Shown: positions 38,994-50,201 of the stretch, piece by piece
Numbering within the stretch: the stretch's first letter is position 1
How the letters are laid out: every line of letters starts with the position of its first letter
Source of the DNA: an uncultured Chloroflexia bacterium
Lineage (GTDB): Bacteria; Chloroflexota; Anaerolineae; Anaerolineales; UBA4823
Length of the DNA: 64,000 bases
Reading direction: 5' to 3'
Assembly (NCBI GenBank): GCA_963702535.1
Contig: CAVPDG010000022.1
Location: 31,691-95,690 of the forward strand
Program-made: the position numbers and the translations under genes
Notes under the pieces: generated by a model
What the model was told of the DNA's origin: nothing
Databases searched by the model: none
What the model saw: only the letters and a program-made list of their open reading frames with translations

Positions 38994-40154
38994 ATGACCA
39001 GGCGTTCAGGCATCCTTCTCATCCTTGCTATCCTGCTCCTCTCAACCTTCTACCCCGCGCTAAGCGTCCTTTCTGCGGCGCAAAATCCGGCGGCGCCCGT
39101 CGCTGTCAAAGCCACTCCTACCCCTCAGGCAAACATCGGTGATGTAGGACCCGATACCTTTCCCCCGGGCGTCAATCCGCTCACCGGGCTGCCGGTCAGC
39201 GATCCCGCTTCGCTTTCCTTGCCGCCAGCCCTGGTGTCCGTGGCGAACTTTCCCGTCAGCGGCAGGCCTCAGGCTGGCTTATCCTTCGCTCCGTATGTGT
39301 TCGAGCTGTTCATCGGCGAGGGGATGACGCGCTTCCTGGCGCTATTCTACGGCGATTATCCCGAGCTGGATGACGCCCCCGCCTCACAATCCTCGCCTGC
39401 CGTAGATAACGCGGGTATCGGACCCATCCGCTCCGGTCGTCTGCCCTACCGCAGCCTGAGCAAGCTCTACAACGGCTTCCTGGTGATGGCAAGCGCCTCC
39501 AGCGAGGTCCGCTCTGAGCTGACCGGCTCCACGAATGTTTACGGATCGAACACCGAGGACATCAACAGCGCCCGCATCGACGTCACCCGGTTGCAAGCGC
39601 TCGCCCAGGCGAACAAGAAGGATAAAGCCTTCAATATGACTGGCAATACGTTCAGCCAGCAGCCACCGGCAGGCGGGCAAGAAGCCTCCGATCTGTGGGT
39701 ATTCTATTCCTTCTTGAACCAGGTGCTGTGGACCTACGATCCCGCTTCCCAGGCATACCTGCGCCAGCAAGATAAAGCCGACGGCTCCGGCGAGTTCTAC
39801 CCATCCACCGACCGGCTGACCGGCGAGCAGCTCGCTTTCGAGAATGTCATCGTGCTCTTCGCCCGCCATGAGGTGCTCAACAGCGACCACACGCTGATCG
39901 ACCTCGACCTGCTTTATACGATGAACAAGGCATACCTCTTCCGCGACGGCAGGACGTACCCCATCTACTGGAGCACTGCCAACGGCGACTACGAGAAAAA
40001 GAGCGGTCTGCTGCGACCGATCCGTTTCGTCGATAAAGAAGGCAAGCCATTCCCGCTCAAGCCGGGTCAAACCTGGGTCGAGGTGGTAGACCTCTCCGCC
40101 ACCCTGACCGAAAAAGAGCCCGGCTACTGGAAAGCCCGATTTTACGCCCCCTGA
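38994..40154 (+). CDS. DUF3048 (YerB-like) exported protein
   Basis: NPLTGLP, RPQAGLS, EGMTRFLA, GPIRSGR, PLKPGQTWV. Confidence 0.85.
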   Translation: MTRRSGILLILAILLLSTFYPALSVLSAAQNPAAPVAVKATPTPQANIGDVGPDTFPPGVNPLTGLPVSDPASLSLPPALVSVANFPVSGRPQAGLSFAPYVFELFIGEGMTRFLALFYGDYPELDDAPASQSSPAVDNAGIGPIRSGRLPYRSLSKLYNGFLVMASASSEVRSELTGSTNVYGSNTEDINSARIDVTRLQALAQANKKDKAFNMTGNTFSQQPPAGGQEASDLWVFYSFLNQVLWTYDPASQAYLRQQDKADGSGEFYPSTDRLTGEQLAFENVIVLFARHEVLNSDHTLIDLDLLYTMNKAYLFRDGRTYPIYWSTANGDYEKKSGLLRPIRFVDKEGKPFPLKPGQTWVEVVDLSATLTEKEPGYWKARFYAP

Positions 40155-40162
40155 GAGCGGAT

Positions 40163-40696
40163 TTACATAAACTCAGTGAACTTCATCCCATGCCGCTTGC
40201 GCGCCTCCAGCCAGGCGCGGCGCAGGGTCTCGTAAACCTCCTCCGGCTTCGAGACGTTGCGCAGCTTGATGTCCGGGTTGGATGGATCGGCGCCGCGGAT
40301 GGAGATATCGCCGATGCCGAACATGCGCTCGGTCATGCCCTGCTTGAAGTCGATGTCCTGGACGCGGATCAGCTCGAAGTTCTCCACGCGGCGGGAAGCA
40401 AACCCTGAGGTGATTTTCACGCGCTCGGTTGTGATGGTGTAACGCTCCACCAGGGAAAGGAAAGGGCGTCCCTTCCAGATCACCTTCTCGGCGAACTCGT
40501 CAACTTCATCTTCATTGACCGTCAGGGGTTCTTCTTCGTCGAGCATATCGTTCACGGCTACCAGAACGCTGTCGGCGATCTTGCTGACCAATTTTTCCTG
40601 CTGTTGCTGAGGGATGGCAGACAGGTCGACGCCGCTTTGGGCGATCGCCTGCCAGATGCTGCTGATCACCTGGGCACGGGTTTGATCAATTGACAT
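40163..40696 (-). CDS. Bacterial PH-domain protein
   Basis: YTITTERV..G..ELIRVQDI..QGMTERMFGIGDI. Confidence 0.75.
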   Translation of the reverse strand: MSIDQTRAQVISSIWQAIAQSGVDLSAIPQQQQEKLVSKIADSVLVAVNDMLDEEEPLTVNEDEVDEFAEKVIWKGRPFLSLVERYTITTERVKITSGFASRRVENFELIRVQDIDFKQGMTERMFGIGDISIRGADPSNPDIKLRNVSKPEEVYETLRRAWLEARKRHGMKFTEFM

Positions 40697-40709
40697 GGAT
40701 ACCTCCTTG

Positions 40710-41063
40710 TTATTGCTCGGTTAATAAGCCTGAATATTCCAACACCTGGTCCGCCCATTTCTTCGCCTGCACTGTTAGCAGCGTGCGTTGCGCTGGGCTG
40801 CTCTGCGCTTCGGGCCAGGCGCGCCGCCAGGCGACGATCATGCGCTGGATATCCACCAGTTCGCTAGCCACCTCCGGCTCGGCTTCGGCTGCCGTCCATT
40901 CGATATAGTACTGGCTTTCCTCCAGCATCTCGACCACACTGGCAGCACCGCCAGAATAGCGTGCAGACGAAGCGATGCGCTCGAGATCTGCAGCCAGGCC
41001 AGCCAAACGGACCGGCAGGGGGTCACGCAGGTAGCGTTCTCTTTTACGCTCTCGGTTGATCAT
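40710..41063 (-). CDS. Hypothetical helical protein coupled to the DUF5674-like gene
   Basis: 117-aa ORF with 4-nt overlap; RERYLRD..RLAGLAADL, YYIEW. Confidence 0.7.
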   Translation of the reverse strand: MINRERKRERYLRDPLPVRLAGLAADLERIASSARYSGGAASVVEMLEESQYYIEWTAAEAEPEVASELVDIQRMIVAWRRAWPEAQSSPAQRTLLTVQAKKWADQVLEYSGLLTEQ

Positions 41064-41398
41064 TGCAAGTCCCCAAGGATTCCCCGCGTCACAGACTCGA
41101 CTTTCCGGCGAATCTCTTCATCCCGAATAAGAATACTGCGATTGCCTAGCCTTGGACGGATATTCATCAGCGCCTCGAACTCGAGGCGCTGCTCAGCCGG
41201 ATACCAGTTTGCACCCCAGATATCGTCTTGCTCGCTGCCATTTTCGAGTAATAATTGTTCGCAATCGGCATGCATTTCCCCGCCGCCTGCGAGAATACGG
41301 CGTCGAATATCTACGGCGAGCTTGATCATGCGGCTATACTCTTCCAGCATAGTCTGGATTTGGAGGGTGTCGGCTTTGTCTTTAAGCAGAAGAATCAT
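41060..41398 (-). CDS. DUF5674-like protein
   Basis: IKLAVDI..GGEMHADCE..LL..GS.QDDIWGANWYP..NIRP. Confidence 0.75.
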   Translation of the reverse strand: MILLLKDKADTLQIQTMLEEYSRMIKLAVDIRRRILAGGGEMHADCEQLLLENGSEQDDIWGANWYPAEQRLEFEALMNIRPRLGNRSILIRDEEIRRKVESVTRGILGDLQ

Positions 41399-41415
41399 CG
41401 TTAATAATCGCCTCC

Positions 41416-42968
41416 TCATTCCCCGGTCAGGCTGCGCGGGCGGTATTGGAGCGCTTCTGCCAGGTGGGCAGGCCCGATCCCCTCCGCTCCCGCCAGGTCG
41501 GCGATGGTGCGCGCCAGCTTCAGGATGCGGTGGTAGGCACGCGCCGAGAGCTGCAACTGGCTCATGGCGGAGCGCATCAGGTTACGACCGGTTTCATCCA
41601 GGCTGCAATACTGGCGCACCTCCGCCGGGCGCATGTCGGCGTTGCAGCGATGATTTCCTGTAGGGGCGCGCATGGCCATCCGCCCCTTCGCTGAATCGTG
41701 CTCGCTGCCTCGCGCGCGCCCGCTCGACCCGCTGGCGGATGACTCCCGAGGGCTCGCCCAGGCGGTCGTCGGAGAGCTTCTCGTACTCCACGCGCGGCAC
41801 CTCGATGTGGATGTCGATGCGATCAAGCAAGGGTCCGGAGATGCGCTTCTGGTACTTCGTGACAATACCGGTCGAGCAGGTGCAGGGTTTCACCGGGTCG
41901 CCGTAATAGCCGCACGGGCAGGGGTTCATGGCGGCAATGAGCTGGAAGTTGGCAGGAAAAGTGAGCGAGCCCTGGGCGCGGCTGATGGTGACGACCTTGT
42001 CCTCGATCGGCTGGCGCATCACTTCCAGGACGCGCGGCCCGAACTCGGGCAGCTCGTCCAGGAAGAGCACGCCGCGGTGCGCCAGGGAGATCTCGCCGGG
42101 ATGGGGCCAGTTGCCGCCGCCCACCAGCCCGGCATGGCTGATGGTGTGGTGCGGGGCGCGGAAGGGACGCTGCTGGATGAGCGGTACGTCCGGCGGAAGC
42201 TGGTCTGCCACCGAGTAAATGCGCGTGACATCCAGGGCTTCCTCAATGCTCATGCGCGGCAGGATGCCAGGCACGGCGCGCGCCAGCAGCGTCTTGCCGG
42301 CGCCCGGGGGACCGACCATGAGCACGTTATGCCCGCCTGCGGCTGCGACTTCAAGGGCGCGCTTGACGTGCTCCTGCCCTTTGACCTCGCCGAAGTCGGT
42401 CAGCAAACCGCTCGGGCTCTCTTCAGGTGTAACCTGCACCTGGGAGGCAATCGGGACCGCGCCGGTCAGGTGAGCATGCAAGCCCGCCACGGATGCCACC
42501 GGGATGACCTCCAGCCCAGGGATCAGGGCTGCCTCGGCGGCGTCCACCTGGGGGACGAAGATGCGCTTGTAGCCTTCCTGGGCGGCTGTGGCAGCCATGG
42601 GCAGCACGCCGCGCACGTGGCGCACGCTGCCATCCAGAGAGAGCTCGCCCACCACCAGCGCTTCGTGTATGCTCTCGGCTTTGAGCTGCCCGGTGGCGAT
42701 CAGCACCCCCAGGGCGATGGGCAGGTCATAGGCAGGACCTTCTTTGCGCACCGAGGCAGGCGCCAGGTTGACGGTCAGGCGCTTGCGCGGGTAATACAGG
42801 CCCGGCATTCTTAATCGCCGCCTGGACGCGCTCGCGGCTCTCCTGCACGGCAGCGTCGGGCAAGCCAACGATGACGATGGAGGGCAGCCCATCGCCGGTA
42901 TCGACCTCAACCTCGACGATGACGCCCTCCAGACCAATCACAGCGCAAGAGTAGACGCGTGCCAGCAT
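41416..42968 (-). CDS. comM: YifB/ComM Mg-chelatase-like AAA+ ATPase; two frameshifts
   Basis: [72 protein letters not shown] across three ORFs. Confidence 0.9.
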
Positions 42969-43070
42969 GGGATAAGTGTAGAATGATCGGATGGAAAAGT
43001 CAAGTTCTGCAGGAGCGGCTATTAATTCTGAAATGCTCGATTCTCGGTTAGAATCGGGGCTTGTAAATCC

Positions 43071-44639
43071 TTGCCAGATGATACGCTCCCCATGACGAAA
43101 ACCAGGCAGTGGGTGATCCACCCGTTCCTATTTTGCATCTACCCGATCGTGGCGATGGTTGCCAGCAATCTTACCGAGATGCGCCTGACCGACGCCCTGC
43201 GCGCCTTGCTCGTCTCGCTACTGGTCACAGGCGTGCTCTTCATCCTGCTCAGGGCGCTGTTGCACGATGGTACCCGGGCAGCATTGGTTTGCTCCCTGGG
43301 GATCCTGCTGTTCTTCTCCTACGGGCACGTCTACAACCTGTTCCGGGATAGCACCGTGTTCGGCATTTACCTGTTCCGGCACCGTCTGCTGGGCTTCATC
43401 TGGTTGGGTATCTTCCTGTTGGGCTCCTGGTTGATCGCGCGCAAGCTGCGCGACCCCCGCCCGCTCAGCTCTGCGCTGAACATTGTGGCTGCGGTCGCTC
43501 TGGTGATACCCCTGTTCAATATCGCCAGCTACGAGGTAAAAACCGCCAACCTGCAAGTCAAGCCGCAAACCAATGATACGGTAGCGCCCGTAAGCAGCGG
43601 GCAGGCGTTTCCAGACGTGTACTATATCATCCTGGATGGCTATTCGCGCGACGACTATCTCTTGCAGGGCTTCAAGTTTGATAACACCCCGTTCCTGGAT
43701 GCCTTGCGGCAGAGAGGCTTTTTCATCGCAGAATGCAGCCAGAGTAATTACAACCAGACACGCCAGTCGCTGGTGAGCTCGCTCAACATGGATTACGTGA
43801 CTTCGGTTTACCCCGAAACATACCAAAATCTGAACCAGGTCGATGTTTACAAAAAAGGACTGGAGCAATTTATCAAGACCAGCCAGGTGAGGCAGAACTT
43901 CGAGAAGTTGGGTTATACCACCGTGGCTTTCGAGACCGGTTACCCGTGGACGGAGATCGAAGATGCAGATGTGTTCCTCACGCGCAGCGGACAAGGAGAC
44001 AGGCTGAATCTACTCTCCGGCGCCAACGATTTCGAAGCCATGTTGATTCGCTCTTCAGGGCTGTTGTTCCTGAGCGCCGTCTCGCCGCAGGCGGCGGATG
44101 TGCTCCTGCCCGAGCTGAACTTCCCCAATAAGGACCACCGCGACCTGGTGCTGTTTGCGCTGGATGCTCTTCAAGAAGCGCCCGCCATCCAAAGCCCCAA
44201 GTTCGTGTTCGCTCATATCGTCTCGCCGCACGAGCCGATGGTCTTCGGACCCAACGGGGAGGCGCTGGAGCGCGAGCCGAGCTACGATACGGGCTACCCG
44301 GACCAGATCGCCTACATCAACAAGCGCATCCTCCCCATTATCGACAGCATCCTGAAGAATTCGCCTGTTCCGCCGGTCATCATCATCCAGGGCGACCACG
44401 GGGCGCGCCAGAGCGTGGGCGAGTATGGCAGGCTGGGGATCCTGAACGCTTATTACCTGCCGGATGGCGGCAAGCAGAGGCTGTACAAGAGCATCTCGCC
44501 GGTCAACACTTTCCGGGTGCTGTTCAACACCTACTTCGGGCAGGAATATGAGCTACTGGAAGATATCAGCTACAAATCCATGTACACCGATCCGCTGAAC
44601 ACGATCGTCATTCCCAATACGCGCCCAGAGTGCAAATAA
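43071..44639 (+). CDS. Membrane protein with sulfatase/LtaS-like extracellular domain
   Basis: About 5 TM helices, then [29 protein letters not shown]. Confidence 0.75.
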   Translation: MPDDTLPMTKTRQWVIHPFLFCIYPIVAMVASNLTEMRLTDALRALLVSLLVTGVLFILLRALLHDGTRAALVCSLGILLFFSYGHVYNLFRDSTVFGIYLFRHRLLGFIWLGIFLLGSWLIARKLRDPRPLSSALNIVAAVALVIPLFNIASYEVKTANLQVKPQTNDTVAPVSSGQAFPDVYYIILDGYSRDDYLLQGFKFDNTPFLDALRQRGFFIAECSQSNYNQTRQSLVSSLNMDYVTSVYPETYQNLNQVDVYKKGLEQFIKTSQVRQNFEKLGYTTVAFETGYPWTEIEDADVFLTRSGQGDRLNLLSGANDFEAMLIRSSGLLFLSAVSPQAADVLLPELNFPNKDHRDLVLFALDALQEAPAIQSPKFVFAHIVSPHEPMVFGPNGEALEREPSYDTGYPDQIAYINKRILPIIDSILKNSPVPPVIIIQGDHGARQSVGEYGRLGILNAYYLPDGGKQRLYKSISPVNTFRVLFNTYFGQEYELLEDISYKSMYTDPLNTIVIPNTRPECK

Positions 44640-44657
44640 CAAGGTTTTTTGGACAAG

Positions 44658-44879
44658 CTATCCCCCGCTCAGTGGGTAGAGGAAGACGACGATATCCCCA
44701 TCCTTCAGGATGTGGCTTTTTTTCACCTGTTCCCCATTGACGAAAACCGGCAGCAGCCGGGCGGGATTGAGACCGCTGCCTTTGAGCACATCTTTCACCC
44801 GGCTGCCCGCGCGCATTTCCAGGCAGTCTTCCTGATCCAGCCCGCGGACGGGGAAGGGGGCGATGACCTTAACCTTCAT
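44658..44879 (-). CDS. MoaD/ThiS-family sulfur carrier
   Basis: 73 aa, VFVNG..LKDGD, C-terminal GG. Confidence 0.88.
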   Translation of the reverse strand: MKVKVIAPFPVRGLDQEDCLEMRAGSRVKDVLKGSGLNPARLLPVFVNGEQVKKSHILKDGDIVVFLYPLSGG

Positions 44880-46846
44880 GCTGGCTGGCAGCAGTTGTGA
44901 GCTGCGGCAGGCTCAGGGTTTGCAGCGTCTCCGGGAGCGGGATGCCGGTGTCGCCATCCCAGCCGATTGCCTGCCAGTAGAAGCGGCGCAGCTCATCGAT
45001 AGGGACCTGCCTGCCCTTGTTGGGACCGCTGCGGAAAGGCGGCTCGCCGGCGCTGCGCCCGGGCAGGCGCACATCGGCGGGCTGCAGCCCTTCGCGGATG
45101 TTGAAACACTGGCGCAGGGTTTGCACGCGTCGCCCGATCTCCATGTACTCGTCGGGCGTCTTCTGCCAGCCGGCGGCGGCGTTGAGGTACTCGAACATGG
45201 GCATGCGGTCCACGCCCATCAAGAGACCGAAGGTACACAGCCCGGCGCCATCGATCACCATTTTTGCCAGGCTGCAGCCGGCGGCGTATTTGCCATGCGC
45301 CTCGTCAGCCTCGTAACGCTCGCTGACGGGGTAGGAGCGCGGCGCCTCCGGCGCCCAGCTTACTTTAGTCCATAACCTCAGCGTCTCATACGTGCCATAC
45401 GAGCCGACCGTATGCCTGCCGGGTGTTGGCTCGACGATATAGTGAACGCCGTAGCCTGGATCGCTTTTGGGATCGTGCATGGGCAGCTCCTGCCCGCCGG
45501 CGTGCATGGCATAGCGCTCCGCGCCGCGACCGATCTTTTCCGCCGCCACTTTGACGCCATCTGCCAGCACGTCTCCAATTCCTTCGCGGGCGATCATCAG
45601 CTTGACAAGCTGGATAATGGCTGGGGTGTTGCCCCAGGAGAGCTGCAGCCCGCCGGTGTCTTGCTCGGTAATTACGCCGTTTTCAAAGCATTCGATGGCG
45701 AAAGCCACGATGGCGCCCGCCGAGATACTATCCATGCCGGCGCGGTTGAGGAGCTCATTGACGGTGAATATGCCATCCAGGTCCTTGTTGAGCAGCAGAG
45801 CGCCAAAAGTTGTCGATGTCTCGTATTCCGGGCGGTGGGTCTCAGAATCGCCCTCCGCTGTGGTTCCGGTGGCGCCGCAGCCTAACGGGCAGGAGTAGCA
45901 ATGGTACTGTTTTGGCGTGCGGCTGAGCAGGCGGTCGGGGTTGACCGTTGCCATCGGATAGTCGCGCCCCACACCGCCCCAGTTCTTTGACCGGCGTGTC
46001 GCCGGTGACCAGGCCGATCTGGTTGATGGTGGTGGTGCCCCACTTGCGGAAGGCGGCGACGCCCAGCATACCGTCCGTGCGCATGGCAGTCTTGCGGGCT
46101 GTCATGAGGCGGTAGAGGATAGGGAAGACCCAGGAGGGGTAGCGAAACTTGCCTTTGGGGACATAGGCGTTGGCAGCCTTGCTCAACCGCTTGAGCTCGG
46201 CGCTATCGGCGGTGCGGATAGGCTTGGAGCCAGCCAGGACGAGCGCTTTCAAGCGCTTGGAGCCCATCACCGCTCCCAGCCCGGAGCGACCCGCCAGCCG
46301 TCCCCCCTCATTGCAGATCCCGGAGACCAGGGAGAGCTTCTCGCCCGCCATGCCGATGCTGGCGACGCGCGGCTGGCGCTTGCTGCCCGCCTCGACTTTC
46401 AAGCGCTTCTCCGTCTCGCTGGCGTCGACTCCCCACAGGTGAGCGGCGCTGCGGATCTCCACAGTCTCTCCGTCAGCAAACAGGTAAACAGGCTCGCTGG
46501 CGATGCCTTTGAAGAAGATGGCATCATAGCCGCAGGCTTTGATCGCCGGACCAAAGTTTCCGCCGCAATTGGCGTCTCCCCAGCCGCCAGTGAGGGGAGA
46601 TTTGCCCGTCACCATCCAGCGACCGCTGAACAACGTCCCGGCGCCGGTCAGGATGCCGGTGACGAAGCCCAATAAATTGTCCGGACCGAGCGGGTCGGCG
46701 CCGGGCGGCATGTGGTGGTAGGTCACATAGGCTGCCAGCCCAACGCCGGACAGGTATTGCTCGTAGATTTCATCGGGTATAACCTGCTCTTCCCAGGAGC
46801 GGGAAGCCAGGTCAACCAGCAGGATCTTGCCAGTATAGCCTCTCAT
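44869..46846 (-). CDS. Aldehyde:ferredoxin oxidoreductase family (W/Mo); frameshift near 45980
   Basis: GYTGKIL.VDL, KSPLTGG, GRSGLGAVMGSKRLKA, CYSCPLGC, PEYET, GMDSIS, ELPMHDP. Confidence 0.9.
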
Positions 46847-47054
46847 TGTATGTTCCTTCACCTTTACTGTATTTTCCCCCAAAGGGGCAAGTTGCGCAAG
46901 TCAAAAGCAAATATCCCCGGCAATATTAATATTCTTCGGCGTGCGCCTCCCTGAACTGCGTAACTCCGTTTTCTTAGGACTGATGCGTTTTTCTTCATGC
47001 TATACTGGTAGCTTGTGTGTGCAGGACAAAATATCTGATTGAGGTGTCGCAACG

Positions 47055-47644
47055 ATGCTTCTTCTCTGGCAAATCTTTTTCCTTTTTACCGCGTGGCTTT
47101 GTTCTCCTGGGGCGGCGGCCCGGCTTCCCTGGCTTTGATGCAGCGCGAGACGACCTCGGCGCGCTGGACCCCGCCCGGGCAAAGCGAGCCGGCGCCGTGG
47201 GTCACCCCGGATGAGTTCGCCGACGCGGTGGCGATCGGCAACGCCTTGCCCGGACCGATCGCGCCGCAGGTTTCGGCTTACGTGGGCTACAAGCTGGCCG
47301 GGGTCGCCGGCGCCATCGCTGCGGCGGCGGGCACCGTGCTGCCGACGACGGTCCTGATGCTGGTGATGATCGTCTATTTCTTCTCCATCAAAGACAGCCC
47401 TAAAATCCAGTCGATGCTGAAAGCGGTGCGCCCGGTGGTGGTGGGCTTGCTCTTGTGGACGGCGTTCGATATGGCGAGCACCGTTTTCGGGGCGAAGAAG
47501 CTGGGCTGGGGCGCAGCGCTTGCCCAGGGCTGGGATAAGCTGGCGATAGCCGGTGCAGCCTTCCTGCTGCTCACCTTCACATCGGTCAACCCGGTGCTGA
47601 TCATCCTCGGGGCGGCGATCCTGGGACTGGTCGCTTACCGGTGA
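47055..47644 (+). CDS. Short-chain chromate ion transporter (CHR) family; N-terminal frameshift
   Basis: ATG at 47055 (MLLLWQIFF), FSWGGG, EFADAVAIGNALPGP, AYVGY. Confidence 0.8.
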
Positions 47645-47732
47645 AGGGGCTGGCGGCTGATCTGCGCCGTTTCTCTCGCCGAGCTATGTAAGTCCTGGGT
47701 ATAATTACCCAATTTAACCTGGAGCCTGCTCT

Positions 47733-48605
47733 ATGCCACTCGTGCATACCCGCAATTTCCGCGTGCGCCACTACGAATGCGACGCATACGGTCACCTGAA
47801 CAATGCCAACTACCTGCGCTACATGCAGGAGGCGGCTTTCGACGCCTCGGCAGCCGCCGGCTACGGCATGCTGCGCTACGAGCAGATCGGGCGCCTGTGG
47901 CTGGTGCGCGAGACGGAGATCGAGTACCTGCTGCCGCTGTATTACAACGATAGCGTGGCGGTGAAAACCTGGGTGCTGGATTTCCGGCGCTACACCTCGC
48001 GGCGCGCCTACGAGTTTTCCAATACGGCGGATGGGTCGCTGGCTGCGCGCGGCGTCACCAACTGGGTCTTCCTGGACTCGACCACAGGCAGACCGGCGAC
48101 CATCCCGGCTGACCTGGCGTCTGTGTACCTGCCGGAAGGGCAGGCGGAGTCCCTGCCGCCGGCGGAGCGCTTCCCCAAGGCGCCCCCGCCGCCGCCGGGG
48201 GTCTTCTCCACGCAGCGCAAGGTGCGCTGGCGGGATATCGACCGCCTGAAGCACGTCAACAACGCCATCTACCTGGAGTACGTGGAGGAGTGCGGCTTCC
48301 AGGCGCTGGCGCGGCGGGGCTGGTCTGCCCAGCGCATGATCGAGGAGGGATTTGCCGTGCTGGTGCGCAAGAACCAGCTCCACTACCGCCAGCCGGCGCT
48401 GCTGGACGATGATCTGGAGATCACCACCTGGGTCTCCGAGGTGCGCCGCTCGACGGCGATGCGCTACTACCAGGTGCGGCGCATCCCGGACGGGGAGCTG
48501 CTGGTGGAAGTCCACGCCCTGGGGGTGTGGGTCGATCTGAAGACAGGGCGCCCGAGCCGCATCCCGGCGCAATTCCTGGAAGATTTCCAATCCGATATCG
48601 TGTGA
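47733..48605 (+). CDS. Double hot-dog acyl-CoA/ACP thioesterase (YbgC/FadM-like)
   Basis: ECDAYGHLNNANY and DIDRLKHVNNAIY. Confidence 0.88.
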   Translation: MPLVHTRNFRVRHYECDAYGHLNNANYLRYMQEAAFDASAAAGYGMLRYEQIGRLWLVRETEIEYLLPLYYNDSVAVKTWVLDFRRYTSRRAYEFSNTADGSLAARGVTNWVFLDSTTGRPATIPADLASVYLPEGQAESLPPAERFPKAPPPPPGVFSTQRKVRWRDIDRLKHVNNAIYLEYVEECGFQALARRGWSAQRMIEEGFAVLVRKNQLHYRQPALLDDDLEITTWVSEVRRSTAMRYYQVRRIPDGELLVEVHALGVWVDLKTGRPSRIPAQFLEDFQSDIV

Positions 48606-48610
48606 GTGCT

Positions 48611-50042
48611 ATGAGCCAACAACCTGAAACTGGACCTCTTGTGATGAAGTTCGGCGGCACGTCCGTCGGAAGCGCATCCGCCATCCGCCAGGCGGCGCGC
48701 ATCGTGCTGGAGCAATCCTCGCGCGGGGGCGGGGTCGTGGTGGTGGTCTCCGCCATGAGCGGGGTGACCGATAAGCTGGTGCGCGGGGCGCACACCGCCG
48801 CCTCCGGCGACGGAGAGACTTTCCGCCAGATCGCTGCTGAGCTTGCCGAGCTGCACACGCGCACGGCGGACGAGCTGCTGGCGGCGGGCAGCGAGCTGCA
48901 CAGCCAGTTCCTGCACAGCCTGGACCGCTACCTGGCGGAGTTCAGCACGCTGTGCCACAGCGTCTCGGTGCTGGGCGAGCTGACGCCGCGCGCCATGGAT
49001 ACGATCAGCGGGCTGGGCGAGCGCATCAACGCCCGCCTGTGCGCAGCGACGCTGGACGCCCTGGGTGGACGGGCGCAGGCGATCGACGCCACCGAGCTGA
49101 TCGTGACCGACGACCACTTCCAGAGCGCGGCGCCGCTGATGGCGCTCACCAAGCCGCGCGCTTTGGCGCGCTTGGGACCGCTGCTGGAGCGGGGTGTGAT
49201 CCCGGTGGTGACGGGCTTCATCGCCGCTACGGCAGAGGGCATCGGCACCACCCTGGGGCGCGGCGGCAGCGATTACTCGGCGGCGATCCTGGGCGACGCC
49301 CTGGACGCGCGGGAGGTGTGGATCTGGACCGACGTGGACGGGGTGATGAGCGCCGACCCGCGCGTGCGTGCCGGAGGCGCAGGTGATCCCGGTGCTTTCG
49401 TACAGCGAGGTGGGCGAGCTGGCGTATTTCGGGGCGAAGGTGCTGCACCCGCGCACCATCCGCCCGGTGGTCGAGCGCGGCATCCCGCTGTGGGTGAAGA
49501 ACACCTTCAACCCAGACTTCCCCGGCACGCTGATCGAGCGCCAGGCGCAGTCCGTGGCGGGCACGGTCAAGGCGGTGACGGCGATCAAGGGGCTGAGCAT
49601 GGTCATCGTGGAAGGGCGGGGCATGATGGGCGTGCCCGGCATCGCGGCGCGCACCTTCGGGGCGGTGGCGAGCCAGGGCGCCAGCGTGCTGATGATCTCG
49701 CAGGCGTCTTCGGAGCAGTCGATCTGCTTCATCGTGCCGCAGGAGACGGCGCGCGGCGTGATGAGCGCGGTGGAGCACGAGATGCGCGATGAGCTGCGGC
49801 GGGGCGACATCGACCGGGTGACATCGATGGACGAGGTGGTGATCGTCACGGCGGTGGGAGCGGGGATGCGCGGCACGCCGGGCGTTGCCTCGCGCCTCTT
49901 CGCCGCGCTGGGCGATAACGGCATCAACGTCATCGCCATCGCCCAGGGGGCGTCGGAGTGCGGGGTCTCGATGGTCATCGCCGCCTCGGACGCGCCAGAG
50001 GCGCTGCGGCGCATCCACGAGCGCGTCATCATCAACCGCTGA
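48611..50042 (+). CDS. Aspartate kinase with two ACT domains; frameshift near 49370
   Basis: MKFGGTSVG, VSAMSGVTD, TTLGRGGSDYS, WTDVDG..DPR, GAKVLHP, ACT domains. Confidence 0.92.
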
Positions 50043-50058
50043 CAAAGCCATTAAGAAT

Positions 50059-50158
50059 GGGACACGGATTTCACTGATAAACACGGATCTTATTACCATA
50101 ATGTTCTTCACTGAATTCCCTATTTTGATCCGTGCAATCGGTGTGTATCCGTGTACCC
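50059..50158. repeat. Imperfect inverted-repeat intergenic element (CACGGAT units)
   Basis: GGGACACGGAT..CACGGATC / GATCCGTG..ATCCGTGTACCC flanking an AT-rich spacer. Confidence 0.7.
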
Positions 50159-50201
50159 CAAAAAAACAAGCGGAATGGAAGAGAATTACGGGGAGCAAGT
50201 T

